Below, piece by piece: positions 12,970 through 25,254 of a DNA stretch of 64,000 nt; the first letter of the stretch is position 1; each line of letters opens with the position of its first letter. The notes under the pieces were generated by a model. The model was not told where the DNA came from, ran no database searches, and worked only from the letters and a program-made list of their open reading frames with translations. A program made the position numbers and the translations under genes. The DNA is from Pristiophorus japonicus. Its lineage: Eukaryota. Location of the stretch: contig NC_091999.1 of assembly GCF_044704955.1 (NCBI RefSeq), positions 28,830,001-28,894,000 on the forward strand. Reading direction: 5' to 3'.

Positions 12970-14469
12970 GTACTGATACTCCAGCTGACTGCTGCGACTG
13001 ACATGGTGTCTGAGACTTTGCATATATTTCCTTTCCTGCAATATGTGAACAGTTACACACATTTACACAACGAAATAATTTAACTTAACACCAGTTCTGT
13101 TATTGGGTAGATGTGTATATAAATAGGTCTTTTGTCAATGTAAATGTTTTGAAGTTGGCTTCCAGGCATGCGGTCAGTAGTGAGAAAACTGGCCTTTGAT
13201 GGAGTGCACAGAACCCCAGATGCTTCCTGAAAATGACACTGGTGTTCGTGGCTCGCTGACGGCAGTCGGTTGGGTTACTGCCAAATATTGTGCGGGTCAG
13301 ATTAGCGTGAACAAGAATGAGAGAAATATGGTATTTAACTATTTAAATATTACATTATTCAGTCGAACTTTTAAAATAAGAAACATTTTCCATAGTATAA
13401 CATCTCAAGAATGATTTTACGTAAATTGCATGCTCACAATATTACAAAACAGGATCTGAAAATAATGAATTGATCCACACGGTACCTAATGAAAACTATT
13501 TCCAAATAAAGACCATTCTAAATCTTTCAATCGATTTATTCAGTACAGCATGAAGTGCTGGAGAGACGTTTAATGTCCTCACCCCACACTGTAATGAGAT
13601 GAGTGGGATTCGCAAAGTAACTAAAACAGGTTGAATTGCCTTGAATATTCTCACAGAGAAGTGCCAGCTGCACTTCTTTAATATTCTCACAGAATTTTGA
13701 GCCTGGTCTAAACACATGTCTCCATTATTCGTGATCAGTAGCCGCGCAGGGTGCGGTGTAACTTGAACTGATTTGGATCCCTGAACAAGCCCTCTCATAG
13801 CCCGGCTACCAGTGGGTGGTGAAAGGCCCAGATTGAAATCTCTGTTTCTGCTGGAGATGAAGCATTTATTCCTGTGATATTCTGTAAGATACCACTATGT
13901 CCTGATACACCGTGTTCCTGTTACCCGTGTCTGTTACACATTCGGTCGCTATTAAAGTTAGCGGCAAGGATTTGGATGTCAAGGTTTGCTGATCACATTA
14001 TCGATTCTGATTCACCAGCTTCTCTCATAAAACGCTGGTCTGAAGCGGGCGGCCCCCACTTTCTTATGTGTCTTCGTCAACTCACTCCTTAATCATCAGA
14101 CAAGCAGACTTATTTTACAGCTAAATTTACAAACGGCTGTCTTAGAGTCACAGACTCAGGGGCAGTTAGTGAAATGCAGTGAGAGACAATTGTATAATGT
14201 GAGGAGTATGATCTCATCTCCAGAACAAAAGTGTAGCTTCAGCCAAGTACACTGTAAATAGAATCACATTACCCATCTACCGCACTCGGTTACATAGAGT
14301 GATATCAATTCAGATTATAGGGGATACTTTATTGGTACAGTTGCATTGATAGATAGCGGGAGATGTAAAAGCACAAACTGGCCGTGTCATTAGATCCTGA
14401 TAATGTAATTCAATCTCAAAGATTTACATCCCCTGTGAAAGAGTGAGGAATAAAGGGATTTAATTTACA

Positions 14470-14590
14470 GTCCAGATGTGAGTCCATTCTGTTGGTGATG
14501 TGGAAGGAGTGACGTGGATCCAGAAACCGCTTCTATCAGGGAAGCAATGGGTGGCGCCTTTAACCTCGCCCCCATCTCCCAGGTATTTAG
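14470..14590 (+). promoter_or_regulatory. Putative IgH V promoter: E-box, CRE-like AGTGACGTGG, TATA-like TATTTA
   Basis: CAGATG 14473, AGTGACGTGG 14508-14517, TATTTA 14584-14589 about 100 bp upstream of the leader ATG; no ATGCAAAT octamer seen. Confidence 0.55.
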
Positions 14591-14682
14591 CTGCCGGCCA
14601 CTGGGAGCGCAATACAACAGTCTGGGAGTGGGTTTGCTCAGTGAGTTCTTGCTGGAACCAGTCACCACACATTGCCAGGAGG

Positions 14683-14728
14683 ATGAGGTCGGCGATTGCT
14701 TTCGTTCTGTTGCTGGCTTTACTTTCCC
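14683..14728 (+). pseudogene. IgH leader exon MRSAIAFVLLLALLS
   Basis: 46-nt hydrophobic exon, donor GTGAGT at 14729, acceptor TTACAG ending 14856. Confidence 0.95.
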
Positions 14729-14856
14729 GTGAGTAGTTTTTATTGTCCAATTATCTCATTGTTACTGTCTCAGTGCGAGTCTCTCTCTGAAATTTTACAG
14801 AGTCAGGAATCATTTCCCGAGGATTGATCCTCGGGATATTTTGATTATTTTTACAG

Positions 14857-15176
14857 GTGTCCAGTCGGATGTGGTGTTGACTCAGCCCGAGGCAAAGACC
14901 AGGATTTCCTGAGTCTCCCTGAGACTGACCTGTAAACCAGCGGGTTCGATTTTGGCGGCTATGGCATGAACTGGGTCCGCCAGGTTCCCGGTCAGGGGCT
15001 GGAGTGGCTGGTTTACTACTACACTCCATCGAGCAAGAATAACGTCCCAGGGATCGACAGCCGATTTACTGCATCCAAAGACACTTCAAACAACATCTTC
15101 ATGTTGGACATAAAGAACAAGAGGAGCGAAGACACCACCATCTATTACTGTGCAAGGAAGGACTACGGGAGTGGGT
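14857..15176 (+). pseudogene. IGHV: IgM VH exon fused in the germline to a D segment (VD)
   Basis: VQSDVVLTQPEA...SLRLTCK / [24 protein letters not shown]...[13 protein letters not shown]...[10 protein letters not shown] then KDYGSG. In-frame TGA in FR1 and a 1-nt deletion after the first Cys. No RSS between YYCAR and GGACTACGGGAGTGGGT. Confidence 0.93.
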
Positions 15177-15214
15177 CACGGTGCAATACAGAGTGAGCTC
15201 TCCATACAAATACC
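15177..15214 (+). other. Recombination signal sequence, 22-bp spacer
   Basis: CACGGTG (15177-15183), 22 nt, ACAAATACC (15206-15214). Confidence 0.92.
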
Positions 15215-15305
15215 CCAGACAGGGAGTTTGCTAAAACCTGCGACCATTACCACGCCAGGAGCGTCGAAGGAACTGAGGCTTAAATAAAAATAATTAGAAA
15301 TAAGT

Positions 15306-15332
15306 TATATATATATATATATATATATATAT
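15306..15332. repeat. (TA)n microsatellite between the two RSSs
   Basis: Visible directly. Confidence 0.95.
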
Positions 15333-15541
15333 TTAAATGTATAACAGTTTTCTTCTTTATTAATATTGATTGCCATGTTGAACATGCACAGATGCTTGAG
15401 AAGTATTCCAATCATTTTTGTAAATATAATGAACGCTACAAAATGAAATATCTCGCTGATTCACTCTTACGACAGTCAGAATCGGGTTTTTAGAGCTGGG
15501 TGGAATTTAATCTCTGTATTTTACAGTTAACAGTCCGCCTG

Positions 15542-15569
15542 AGTATTTGACACAACGTGTCTCACTGTG
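15542..15569 (-). other. Recombination signal sequence, 12-bp spacer
   Basis: AGTATTTGA (15542-15550), CACAACGTGTCT (12 nt), CACTGTG (15563-15569). The position 23 nt upstream of the heptamer (CAGTCCGCC) is not a nonamer. Confidence 0.85.
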
Positions 15570-15619
15570 TTACGCAATGGGCTACTGGGGACAAGGGACC
15601 ATGGTGACGGTGACTGCAG
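15570..15619 (+). pseudogene. IGHJ: JH segment, probably germline D-J fused (YAMGYWGQGTMVTVTA)
   Basis: WGQG motif and donor GTAAGG at 15620; preceded by a 12-RSS instead of the 22/23-RSS expected for JH. Confidence 0.9.
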
Positions 15620-15711
15620 GTAAGGAGCATTCACTGATTCAGTAACACTTTTATTTGTGTCTTTATTTTATATTTTTGTTTATTTTAATAATTATTTCGT
15701 TCACTGAAACT

Positions 15712-16885
15712 TGGGTTCGGTGGATTTTGTTTTGAGATTTTTTGCAATTATCAATGTGATTCTGCTGCAAAGTGATTATAGAATTCAACTGTTTCTCCAC
15801 AGAAAATGTTGTTGATGTGATTTGGTATTTATTTGCTGCCGAGACTGTGTGTCTAGGTTACTTTAAATACTTTATGATTATTACACTGTTTGACGTTTCT
15901 GCAATGTTTAATCTTGGTGACCTCTGATTGCTGCAGTTTTTCTGATCGAATGCAAACATTGTGTTTGAATGTGTTTAAAAGAACATTGTAGGCACAAAAC
16001 AGAAAGCTTAGCGATCAGTAAATAACCTAAAGGACTTTTAGTTTTTTCATGAAAATTACATTGTCATCTACTGACCGAATGTTCCCAAATGATCAGATTC
16101 AATACGTGAGCTGTAATTAAGAACTGAAAAATTAACATATTTCCAGCTGGAACACATTTAAATTAACATTATTATAACGTAGTAATATCACCAATTATTA
16201 TTGAAATACGCTATAATATCAAAATTAACGTATTTAACATAATCCGTCGAATCACAATTCTCTGTCAGTATTTTATATTTCTGTTGAATTCAATCATTAG
16301 ATATCTCAGTGTGAGGCGGGTTCGGTGATTGTGTAATGAGATTTTTTTGCAATGATACATTTGATTCTGCTGAAAGGGTTTATAGAATTACGGATCTGCT
16401 CCATGAAAGGTTCTGTCGATGGATTCCGCCCCTCAGCGATGTGATTTAGTATTGATCTGCTGAGGAGAGTTTGTGCCTGTGTTACTCAGAATACCTAGAA
16501 TTAGTGAAGCTGTTTGGCGTTTCTACAATGTTTAATATCGGTGACAGCGGGCAGCAGCAGGTTTCTGATCGAATCCAAACAAGATATGTATTTTGAAACT
16601 GTTTTTAAACAGTAGGTAGGCAAAGAACAGGACGGGTTTAGACATCAGAAGTCATTGAAAGGTATTTTAACATCACAATTATTGAAGTGATAATTATATA
16701 TTCAACTATTAATCTATTTTGACGATGCTGGTATATTAATATGTGAAATGTAACTAGTTGCCATCTACATAATTAACTTATTCAGGTTGTAGTTGAATTA
16801 AATTACTATTAACCAACCGATTATAATGCAATAATATCACCGAATGTTATTAAAATATGCTATTTGTCCAATGTTCATGTTCTGA
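15712..16885. repeat. Old tandem duplication of about 600 bp in the J-C intron
   Basis: GGGTTCGGTG..GAGATTTTTTGCAAT..GATTCTGCTG at 15713 and 16318; TCTGATCGAAT.CAAACA at 15941 and 16564; TAATATCACC at 16182 and 16832. Confidence 0.75.
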
Positions 16886-19274
16886 ATATTATTCGCCTTC
16901 AAAAATCCTGCTGTACACTGGGCACCATTAAGGGAAGCAGAAACTTTTAGAGGCTGGATACAGTTATTAATTATGCCTGCAATTATTTCATTAACAACAT
17001 ACTGATTCCACCGCTGTGTTCAGTTTGAGTCGGGAGTTCAATTACTTGCTACCTCCTCTTTACACAGATGAATGACTGAGTGCAATTAATTATAACTTAA
17101 AGCCGTGTTGCAAATTGCATTTTGTCAATTTAATCTATCTGCCGGGGTATGACATTCTCACTGTGTAGCCGAAATTTGTTATTGAATCAATATTGTGTGT
17201 TGTTTGATAGAATTATCACTAAGTTAACCTTGAACACTTTGCAAGAACAAAAGCTGAGAGACAGGCATCGCTGGCAGTCAAAGAATTGTTCAAGTAATTA
17301 TATTGAAATTCAAGGCAGATTCCGAATGCGTATGGCTGGAGACAGCAAGTAATCCATTGAAATTCAAGCAGATTAATTTACTTACAAAAGGTTCATCTTA
17401 CTTTGTATTTGAAACAAAATCCTATCTCCCAAAACGCTGCTGTATGCGGAATAGAAGGTAGACAAAGCACAAACCATATCTGAGAGCTATGTTTAATTTT
17501 TATTAATATTAAATTGATGAACAAAGTCTCTCCTCCATTTGCACATTCAGTTTCAGTGCCCCAGATGGTCTGAATGAATTGTTATCCTCTAGTTTTACAC
17601 TGACCATTCTGGAAACTATTTTCAAGAAGTAGCAGAATATATTTAATCATTAACTTACGGGCATTTTGTGAATAACTGGAGTCTTCAGCCAGGAACTCAT
17701 TGAATGGCGGTGCAGGCTCGAAGGGCCTAATGGCCTACTCCTGCAGCTATTTTCTATGTTTCTATGAACTTTAAAAGATTGTCTGTGTTATTAAGTAGTG
17801 GAGGCTCTGCTACTGACTGCAAACTGCAAGGATGGATTTTAATTAATAAAACCATTTTTGGGGTTTAAGATTGAGGAGAATATTTCAGCTCGAGATTCCA
17901 GCATTAGTAAACAAGCGGTTTACAGCCCATCGGAGTTGTGACCCTGGCTGGACAGAGAACTATTTAAATTAGTCCACACCCAAATCCATAATGTGAAATG
18001 CTCTCTGCAAATAGACGCAGTTTATGCTATATTAGAAACATGCAGAGTTTAAAAAGGTGTCGGTCGAGAACGGGACAATAGTAGAACTGCGTGATTATTG
18101 TCAATTATTCAAATTTGATTCCATTTAAGTAAAAATAAGGTATATTTCAGAGTAGTCATGTATTAATATGCAGCTTAATATTTTAATATTGATTAATTGT
18201 TGTGGTAAGTTAAGTAAACCATAATATATCACAAGTTATCAGGCAGAAAAGGTTTTAAAAAGTTTAATAATTACTTCTATTTGTATGGCTGAAATTCAAG
18301 CACGTTAATTTAATTTCAAAAGTTCCAGGTAGGTATGCTTCTGAGGAGGAAGGGCCAGAATGGCACTCAGATTATTTTCAATATTCAGCTAACATGAACA
18401 TTAAATTAGAATGTAACATCAGTGCTAATTCATTAAAACATAAGCGAGCACTTACAATTGTGTTGCATACTGGTCAGTATTACAATTATTGCAAAATTTC
18501 AAGCGTTGGAGATAATGTTTAATTCATTCATGAATTAATTTAGAAAACAATGCATTGATAACTCGGCTGTGCTGAGTTCGACAATGTGTCGCTGCAGATT
18601 TTAGTGAATTAATTTCCTGTTTTGCCGCGATGATTTTACAGGTTATATTTACTGATGAAAACATATAAAATCAGTGGATGATTAGGTATCGCTGTATATG
18701 TCTCCTGGATTGTGACATTCTTACTCTGTCACCGAGTCCCGTGTGACGGGCAGCAAATTCCCGTGGAATGTGAATTATTTCCAGCTACTTGCTTTCAGGG
18801 AAGTAAATTTTTACACGGTTTACAAGATAGTTGACAGAGATGGGGAAATGGCTGGATGTTGAAGAGTCTCTCAAATTAATATCAGATTAATTTCAAAGAA
18901 TCTGCAGCGTTGAGGTGGTTGGAAATTGACAAGAAATAAACTAGAAATCTAACATCTTCATTGAAATTAACAGATTGAACTGGTCTCTCTCTGCCTAGAG
19001 CACCCTTCTTGCACCGTTTGTGTCTGTTCTGTTTCTGTGCGCCTGCTCACTGTGTGAGCATCAGGAGTCCTCCTGACGGGTTGTAAACCTTCTGGGTTGT
19101 GATCCTGTATTGCGGGGAGTGTCATTTAATTCAGTTATTTAAGAAATTGGTATCTGTGAGAAACGTGAAAGATTGACTTTAAGGTTGAGGATTCGCCGTA
19201 GAAATGAGATCAGTAACCCAGATTGTGACAGTCAGAAGGAGCAGTTCCGAAACACCACGAGGAGACAGTCGAAG

Positions 19275-19800
19275 AGGCTTTAATCAGTTTCTAACCCGGT
19301 TGTACCTGCCCTGACAGTGTTTGATATGACTGCTTTACTCTGCAACTAACCCGTGCGTTATCTTACCTGGCAGTGCATGATGGGACATTGCAGAGATAGC
19401 TTTAATCAGTATTTAACCTTTTCTTTACAAGGACGTGGAACTTAATTGGGTCCTTCAATATAGAATGTCTTCTATTTAATCAGAGCTTTGGAGGGGTGGT
19501 GCGCTTTAATGGGACAGTGTATTGGAAGATTTTCATTGTACTCGTAATAATTGTGCTGAATTAATCGGTAAATTTGATAACGCATTTTATGGGGAGACAT
19601 TTCGTAGCACATCTCTGCAGTACCTGAGCTGGGAATGTTTGACGGGATAGTATAGATAACATATTACTCTGTGTGCAACACTTGCTATACCTGTCCTGAC
19701 CCACACGGCAGCATAGCGGGAGCTTTGCTCTCTTATCCGTGCTGTGTCTGACCTGAGAGTGCTTGGTCAGGCAATGTTCTAGGCACCGTTATCTGCGTCT
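19275..19800. repeat. Degenerate array of the about 67-bp minisatellite
   Basis: TGTACCTGCCCTGACAGTGTTTGATATGAC and similar units matching 6595-7095. Confidence 0.65.
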
Positions 19801-20489
19801 AACAGATAGCAGATAAACTGCTCGTGCCAGATATATACAATAATTCGTCCCATTGCACAGATTAAAAAGCGCACATTCTTTGATGTTTATATTCTTTCTG
19901 AAAAAATGCCCAATTTTTTATGAGTTATTAATGTTTGAACATTTTGAGCATCAGATTACTAAAGAACATGATTGGCCTGATCCTCAGCTCACTTTCAGAA
20001 CAAACAGTTTCAGGAAGTGAATAACGCTCCAGAAAGCAGCGCCTGTTCTGATCTGATGGGAGGTTACAAGTTATTTCCACAATTAAAATAGAGAATATCG
20101 AGACTCCCACTTCAAATAACCATCATGGGGACCTCATGTTTAGAAAAATTACGTTGTCCAATTCTTCCTGTGAAGGTTAAAGGCAGCGACAAACTGTGAG
20201 GAGATGCAGCTATTGGCCTGGGTCACAACACAAGGCACACAGTCACTGAGCTGCAATTCTGTGAAACATTTAAAGAGAGAGAGTCAACCTGCAATAAGTC
20301 ATCATTCGCAATGAATTTAAGCTTTTCTAACAGCAAGCGATTGATCAATTTGCGTCAGATTTATAAGATCCCTTTATTTTAAATATTCTCTTTCATTATA
20401 ACGAACAATAAAAATAGATCTGGTAGAGGTGTCCAAAATATGAAGTGTTTCCTTCCATGAAATCTAGAAGAACTATTCCCACTGACTTG

Positions 20490-21410
20490 TGTAGACTCAT
20501 AGCATCACACAGCATTGGAAGAGGCCATTCAGGCATCGTGCCTGTGCCGGCTCTGAAAGAGCTGTCCAATTTAGTCCAACTCCCCAGAGTTTACATTGTA
20601 AACGTGCAAATGAGTCCTCCTGACGTACAGGAGATACTGCCTGGAGCATTCCTAAAATTAGCAAACCTCTGTGTGAATAAAATCACCTGAATTTCACCTT
20701 CTGATCTTTTCACAATTATTTTAAAACTGCGACATTTGGTTACCCACCTACTTTCCAGCGGAACATTTTCTCCCGACTTAGTATACTTAACCTGACATAA
20801 TGTTGAATATCTCTCTTAGGTCTCCTCTTAACCTCTGCTCTAAGGAGAATATTCCAGCTTCTCCAATCTCTCCGCATAACTGAAGACCCCATCCCTGGCA
20901 TCATCCAGGTAAAAGCCTCCCCTCTACACTCCCCAAGGGCTTGACATCCTTCCTACATTGTGGTGACAAAATTGTAAGCAATAGTCCAGCTGAGGCCTAA
21001 CACGTGATCTGTATGTTTAGCATAACCGCCTTGTTTTTGTATTCAATGCCCCATTTACAAAGTCAAGTATCCCATACGCTTTCCTAACAGCCTTACCAGT
21101 TTGCCCTGCCCTCTTCAAAGATTTGTGAATATGTACATCCAGATCTCTCTATTCGTGCATCCGCTCAAAACAATACTATTTAGATTATATGCCTCTCCAA
21201 CTTCCACCCAATGTGCATTGCTTCTCAATGATTCGCATTGAATTGCAATTGCCATGTCCCAGCCTATTTCACTGGTCCATCTGTCTCCTCATGGAGTCTG
21301 CTGCTATCATGCTCACTATTGGCTACGTTGCCAGGTTTTGCATCATTTTTGAACTTCGAAATTGTATTCCCTGTAACCAAGTCGATGTCATTTTTATATA
21401 ACAAGAACAA
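20490..21410 (-). mobile_element. Degraded CR1 3' portion
   Basis: Reverse complement gives CR1 ORF2 C-terminal remnants (DDAKPG, DLDVHIHKSL, VRPQLDYC.QF) and a 3' UTR near 20500. Confidence 0.7.
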
Positions 21411-22172
21411 CAATGGGAATTGAAACGGGCCATTTAAGGAGTAACTTCAAATTAACCGGATTTTGGAATGGTATTTTATTCGGATTATTAATTGAGTTGC
21501 AGGAAGCAGGCTACTCAAGAGACATGCATATAATAGGATGGAATAGAGCTCAGATCACAGTTCGCTGAAGGACATCGCTCTCCCTCAAATGCTGAGAAAA
21601 TAAGGAAGAAATTCGACTCAATCGCGGTTCATTTACAACTTGCATCTTAGAAACTAGACTATGGAAACGCTACCTGTTGAATTATGTGGTAGGCAAGTTT
21701 GCAGGGTTTTTTGATAACGTCCTAAGCCGGAATTCCGCTGTTACTTTGAAGTGCAGTCACTGTTGCTTTGTACGGATACACCGCAGGCAACGTGCACAGA
21801 GCAAATTTTCCCAAACTGCAATTAAATAAAGGACAAGAAATGGTGCTGATTGAGAAATAAATGCAGGCCGAAATAACAGGAAAAACGTCTCTGTTCTGCT
21901 ATTGTATGATCCAATGAAGGCTTCTTTATTGACGAGTTGTGTAAAGGTTCTTGTTGTGTAATGTGATAGAGCTCGGTGATAGAGAGGTGCGTTCCTGACC
22001 AGCGCATTGACAGGTGCTTACGATAGAACTGACAGAAGCTCAAATGCCCGTGTAGTCTTTGATGGAGAAATGGTGGAATTAGTTTATTCTGCAATCAAAT
22101 TTCGATTTGTTTATTTCTTTTGTAAGCACGGATTACAGAGTCTAACTTGTTCAATGGGCCATTCCTTCCCAG

Positions 22173-22472
22173 TAACACCGTCTCCCCCCACCCTCTGCGC
22201 CCTGCTCTCCTCCTGTGAACAACCCAGCACCGATGGCTCCATCACGTAGGGCTGTTTGGTGATGGACTACTCCCCTGACATCATCAGCCTTTTCTGGAAG
22301 GAAGATAAAGAGCCGATCACCACTGGATTGAAGACCTACCCGTCATTGCTCAAAAATAATTGAACCTGCACCCTGAGCAGCCAGTTAACCATCACCGAGT
22401 CGGAGGTGGGGAGCAGCACAATCTGCTGCGAGGTTCGACGTGATGTGTCGGTGTGGAACATCACAATGTCAG
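22173..22472 (+). pseudogene. IGHM: IgM CH1 exon with two premature stops
   Basis: [34 protein letters not shown]...[19 protein letters not shown]...[24 protein letters not shown]; AG at 22171-22172, GT at 22473; TAG 22247, TGA 22361. Confidence 0.95.
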
Positions 22473-22551
22473 GTTAATGATGTGGGATACAGGGCAATCT
22501 GTGATAAGGTGAGAAGTTATGTTGAACTTGTATAGAAACTTGGTTAGACAA

Positions 22552-22840
22552 CACTTAGAGTACTGTGCATAGTTCTGGTCTCCATATAATACTTAGAATA
22601 CTGTGCACAGTTCTAGTTTCCTTATCACATTTAGAATATTGTTTACAATTCTGGTTTCCATCTCATACTTAGAATACTGTGTAAAGTTCTGGTCTCCATA
22701 TCGTACTTAGAATAGTATGCACAGCTCTGGTCTCCATATCACACTTAGAATACTGTGCATGGTTCTGATCCCCATATCGCACTTAGAATATTATGCACAG
22801 TTCTGGTCTGCATATTACACTGAGTATACTGTGCACAATT
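22552..22840. repeat. 38-bp minisatellite derived from CR1 ORF2 (HLEYCAQFWSPY segment)
   Basis: CACTTAGAATACTGTGCACAGTTCTGGTCTCCATATCA, about 7.5 copies, continuous with a CR1 fragment at 22490-22590. Confidence 0.9.
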
Positions 22841-22963
22841 TTGCTCTCTGCAAATGCCAGGTTGGTGTGAATCTGACAGCAAAGAACTTGTTAAAATATA
22901 AGGACACTTTGCATTTCTTAATCATTTATTTTGCAAGCAATGTCAATAAAATGCCTTCTCGTG

Positions 22964-23284
22964 AACGTCGTGAACGGATCATTGTTCCTCCAATTGTTCT
23001 CCTCTTGCCATGTTCCACTGAACAAATCATCAGCAGCAGATATGCAAGCGCCATGTGTTCAATCATCGAATTAAGGCCAAAGTCACTGACCATGAATTGG
23101 CTGAAGAGTGGACAACTCCTGGATTCGGGCTTCATCACCTCTCCCGCCTTTGAGATGAACGGAAACGTTTTGACGGCCAGTCGGCTGACACTCCCCGCCA
23201 GGGAATGGTTCACCGGCTCGGTCGACACCTGCCAGGTCACTCATGAAGGGGGCACACAAAGCCGTAACTTCAGCAGATCTCAGG
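22964..23284 (+). pseudogene. IGHM: IgM CH2 exon; frame open, splice acceptor apparently mutated
   Basis: IVPPIVLL...ASAMCSII...WLKSGQLLDSGFITSP...SRLTLPAREWF...TCQVTHEG..QSRNF; donor GTAAGA at 23285; no AG at the expected start, so the start is approximate. Confidence 0.9.
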
Positions 23285-23409
23285 GTAAGAGGCACAATCC
23301 AGGGAGGTTCCAGACCATTCTGAGCGCTGATCTCAGTCAGGACTTTAATTGAAATTAGTAGAAACAGAGGAATATTCCTAATTCCCAATCATGCAGTTTG
23401 TGTATTCTT

Positions 23410-23840
23410 GCGATACAATTTTGACTTTATACAGCGCCTTCAGCGACCACAGACTGAACCAAAGCGCTTGCCAGGCAATGAATTAAGTTGTGAAATGTGG
23501 TCACAGTTGTAATGTACAAAGTGCGGCAGTCACCTAGTGCACAGCAAGCTCCCACAAACAGCAGTGTGATAACGACCATTTTTTTTGTTTAGTGTTATTT
23601 CTTGAGGGATTAATATTCACAGGCCACAAGGGAGAACTCCTCTGCTTTTCATTGAAATAATTCCAGGGGAACTTTTACCTCCACCTGAGAGGCTAGATGG
23701 ATTCTTGGTTTAACACATGATCCGAAATACGGCACCTCCGACAATGCACCAGGCCCCCAGCACTGCACTGAGAGACTCTGCTTACATATTGTGATCAAAT
23801 ATCTGGAGTGGGACTTCAACCCACGATCTTCTGGTTCAGG
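23410..23840 (-). mobile_element. DeuSINE-family SINE
   Basis: Reverse-complement homology to 5340-5770 (GCACAGCAAGCTCCCACAAACA, GAACTCCTCTGCT, CATGATCCGAAATAC, GAGTGGGACTTCAACCCAC). Confidence 0.7.
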
Positions 23841-24029
23841 ATTCCTCATTGCTCAGGATTTATTAACCTCGCCAAAGAAGTTTTCCCCTTGCTCTGGTGT
23901 CAGGCAGTGAGTGACGTGTCCTTAGTCTAAGGTATATCCTGAGTTGGCTGATCATATACGCAACGGCAATAGGAGTCTGGAATCCTTTACTGCTAACTGT
24001 CCAGGAACCCACTGCAAGAATGGGCATCT

Positions 24030-24546
24030 ACCCTATTCAGAGTACTGAGCCCAATTCTGGGCTCTGCACCTGAGGAAGGATATACGTGGAGGTGCTAAAC
24101 TGCATGTTTACCCGAATTATACCGGGGCTAATAATGTAAAATGATCAGGTGGCGAGTATGGAACGTTAAGAGATGATCCAATTGACGTGTTTAAGTTGAT
24201 AAATGGAATTGATCGAGTTGATATAGAAACATTGATTTAGTTTGATGGGAGAGTCCAGAACAAGTAGCAGAACCTTAACATTAGAGTTAGGCCGTGCACA
24301 GGTGATGTCAGAAAGGAATTTCTCAAAGGAAGAATAGTGCAAGTCGGGATTTCCCTCCCCAAAAGCTGCTGACACTTGCTTTCTATTGAAAAGTTGAAAA
24401 CTGAGATTGATAGATTTTTGTTCGGCAAGGTTATCATGGGTTACATAGCCAAGGCGTGAAGATGGTGTTGAGTGTTGATCAGCCATGATCTAACTGGATG
24501 GCGGGACAGGATGGATGGGCTGAATGGCCTTCTCCTATTCCTATGT
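24030..24546 (+). mobile_element. Degraded CR1 3' portion
   Basis: LRDDPIDVFKL-like remnant; 3' UTR ends GGGCTGAATGGCCTTCTCCTATTCCTATG. Confidence 0.75.
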
Positions 24547-25254
24547 TGATATTAATGCCCTGAGGTCATAGTGCTTTCTGAATCTCTCTCACCAGACATG
24601 ATAAATGTTCAGTAATTACAGATATTAACAAACTACCTCACCTCATTACAAATGATGCCCCACCACAAAAGATTCCTTGCAACTCCATTCTCCGGACCTT
24701 GCACTTCTCCTCTGACGTGGGATGTGACTGGTTCCTGCACATTTTCATCGCAACAAAAATAGCAGCAAAAGACTAGAAACTTAACTTTGCTTCCTGTTGT
24801 CCCATAAATCCTGCAATTAATTTGACACTGGTTTTGAACCAGTATAATGCTGGTGTCGACCTCTTGAACTTGGGGATATTCGGGCATCAGCTATTATACG
24901 CAGTGGAGATGCGTTTGGGTGCAAGAATCTATAGACGGGCGTAAAGGAGCAAGGGATTGCAGGGAGAGCGCCATTCAGTGCCTATCACAATTGTGTCCCA
25001 ATGTATTCCCATTGTAGGCCAGGTATTTGCTTCACAGCCCATTACAGGTGGCTCTGGCTCAAATACACAGGAAATATTACAGACCTCCCAGAATCGTTGC
25101 CAATTCATTGCCCTTCCATAACGAAAGTGTTCAAGCAATAGCGAGAGGTTGATATCTCAAAAGTGAGTTATTCCCCTTGAAAGAGTTAAGGCTAATTATT
25201 GGTGTCCTGATTCTGAAGATGCGGCTTTTCCTTACTTTCATTCCTGTTTCGCAG

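Noticed and set aside
12683-13083. ORFs with X runs
   Set aside because: Span the assembly gap.
22717-23352. 211-aa standalone ORF
   Set aside because: Read-through of minisatellite and intron into the CH2 exon.
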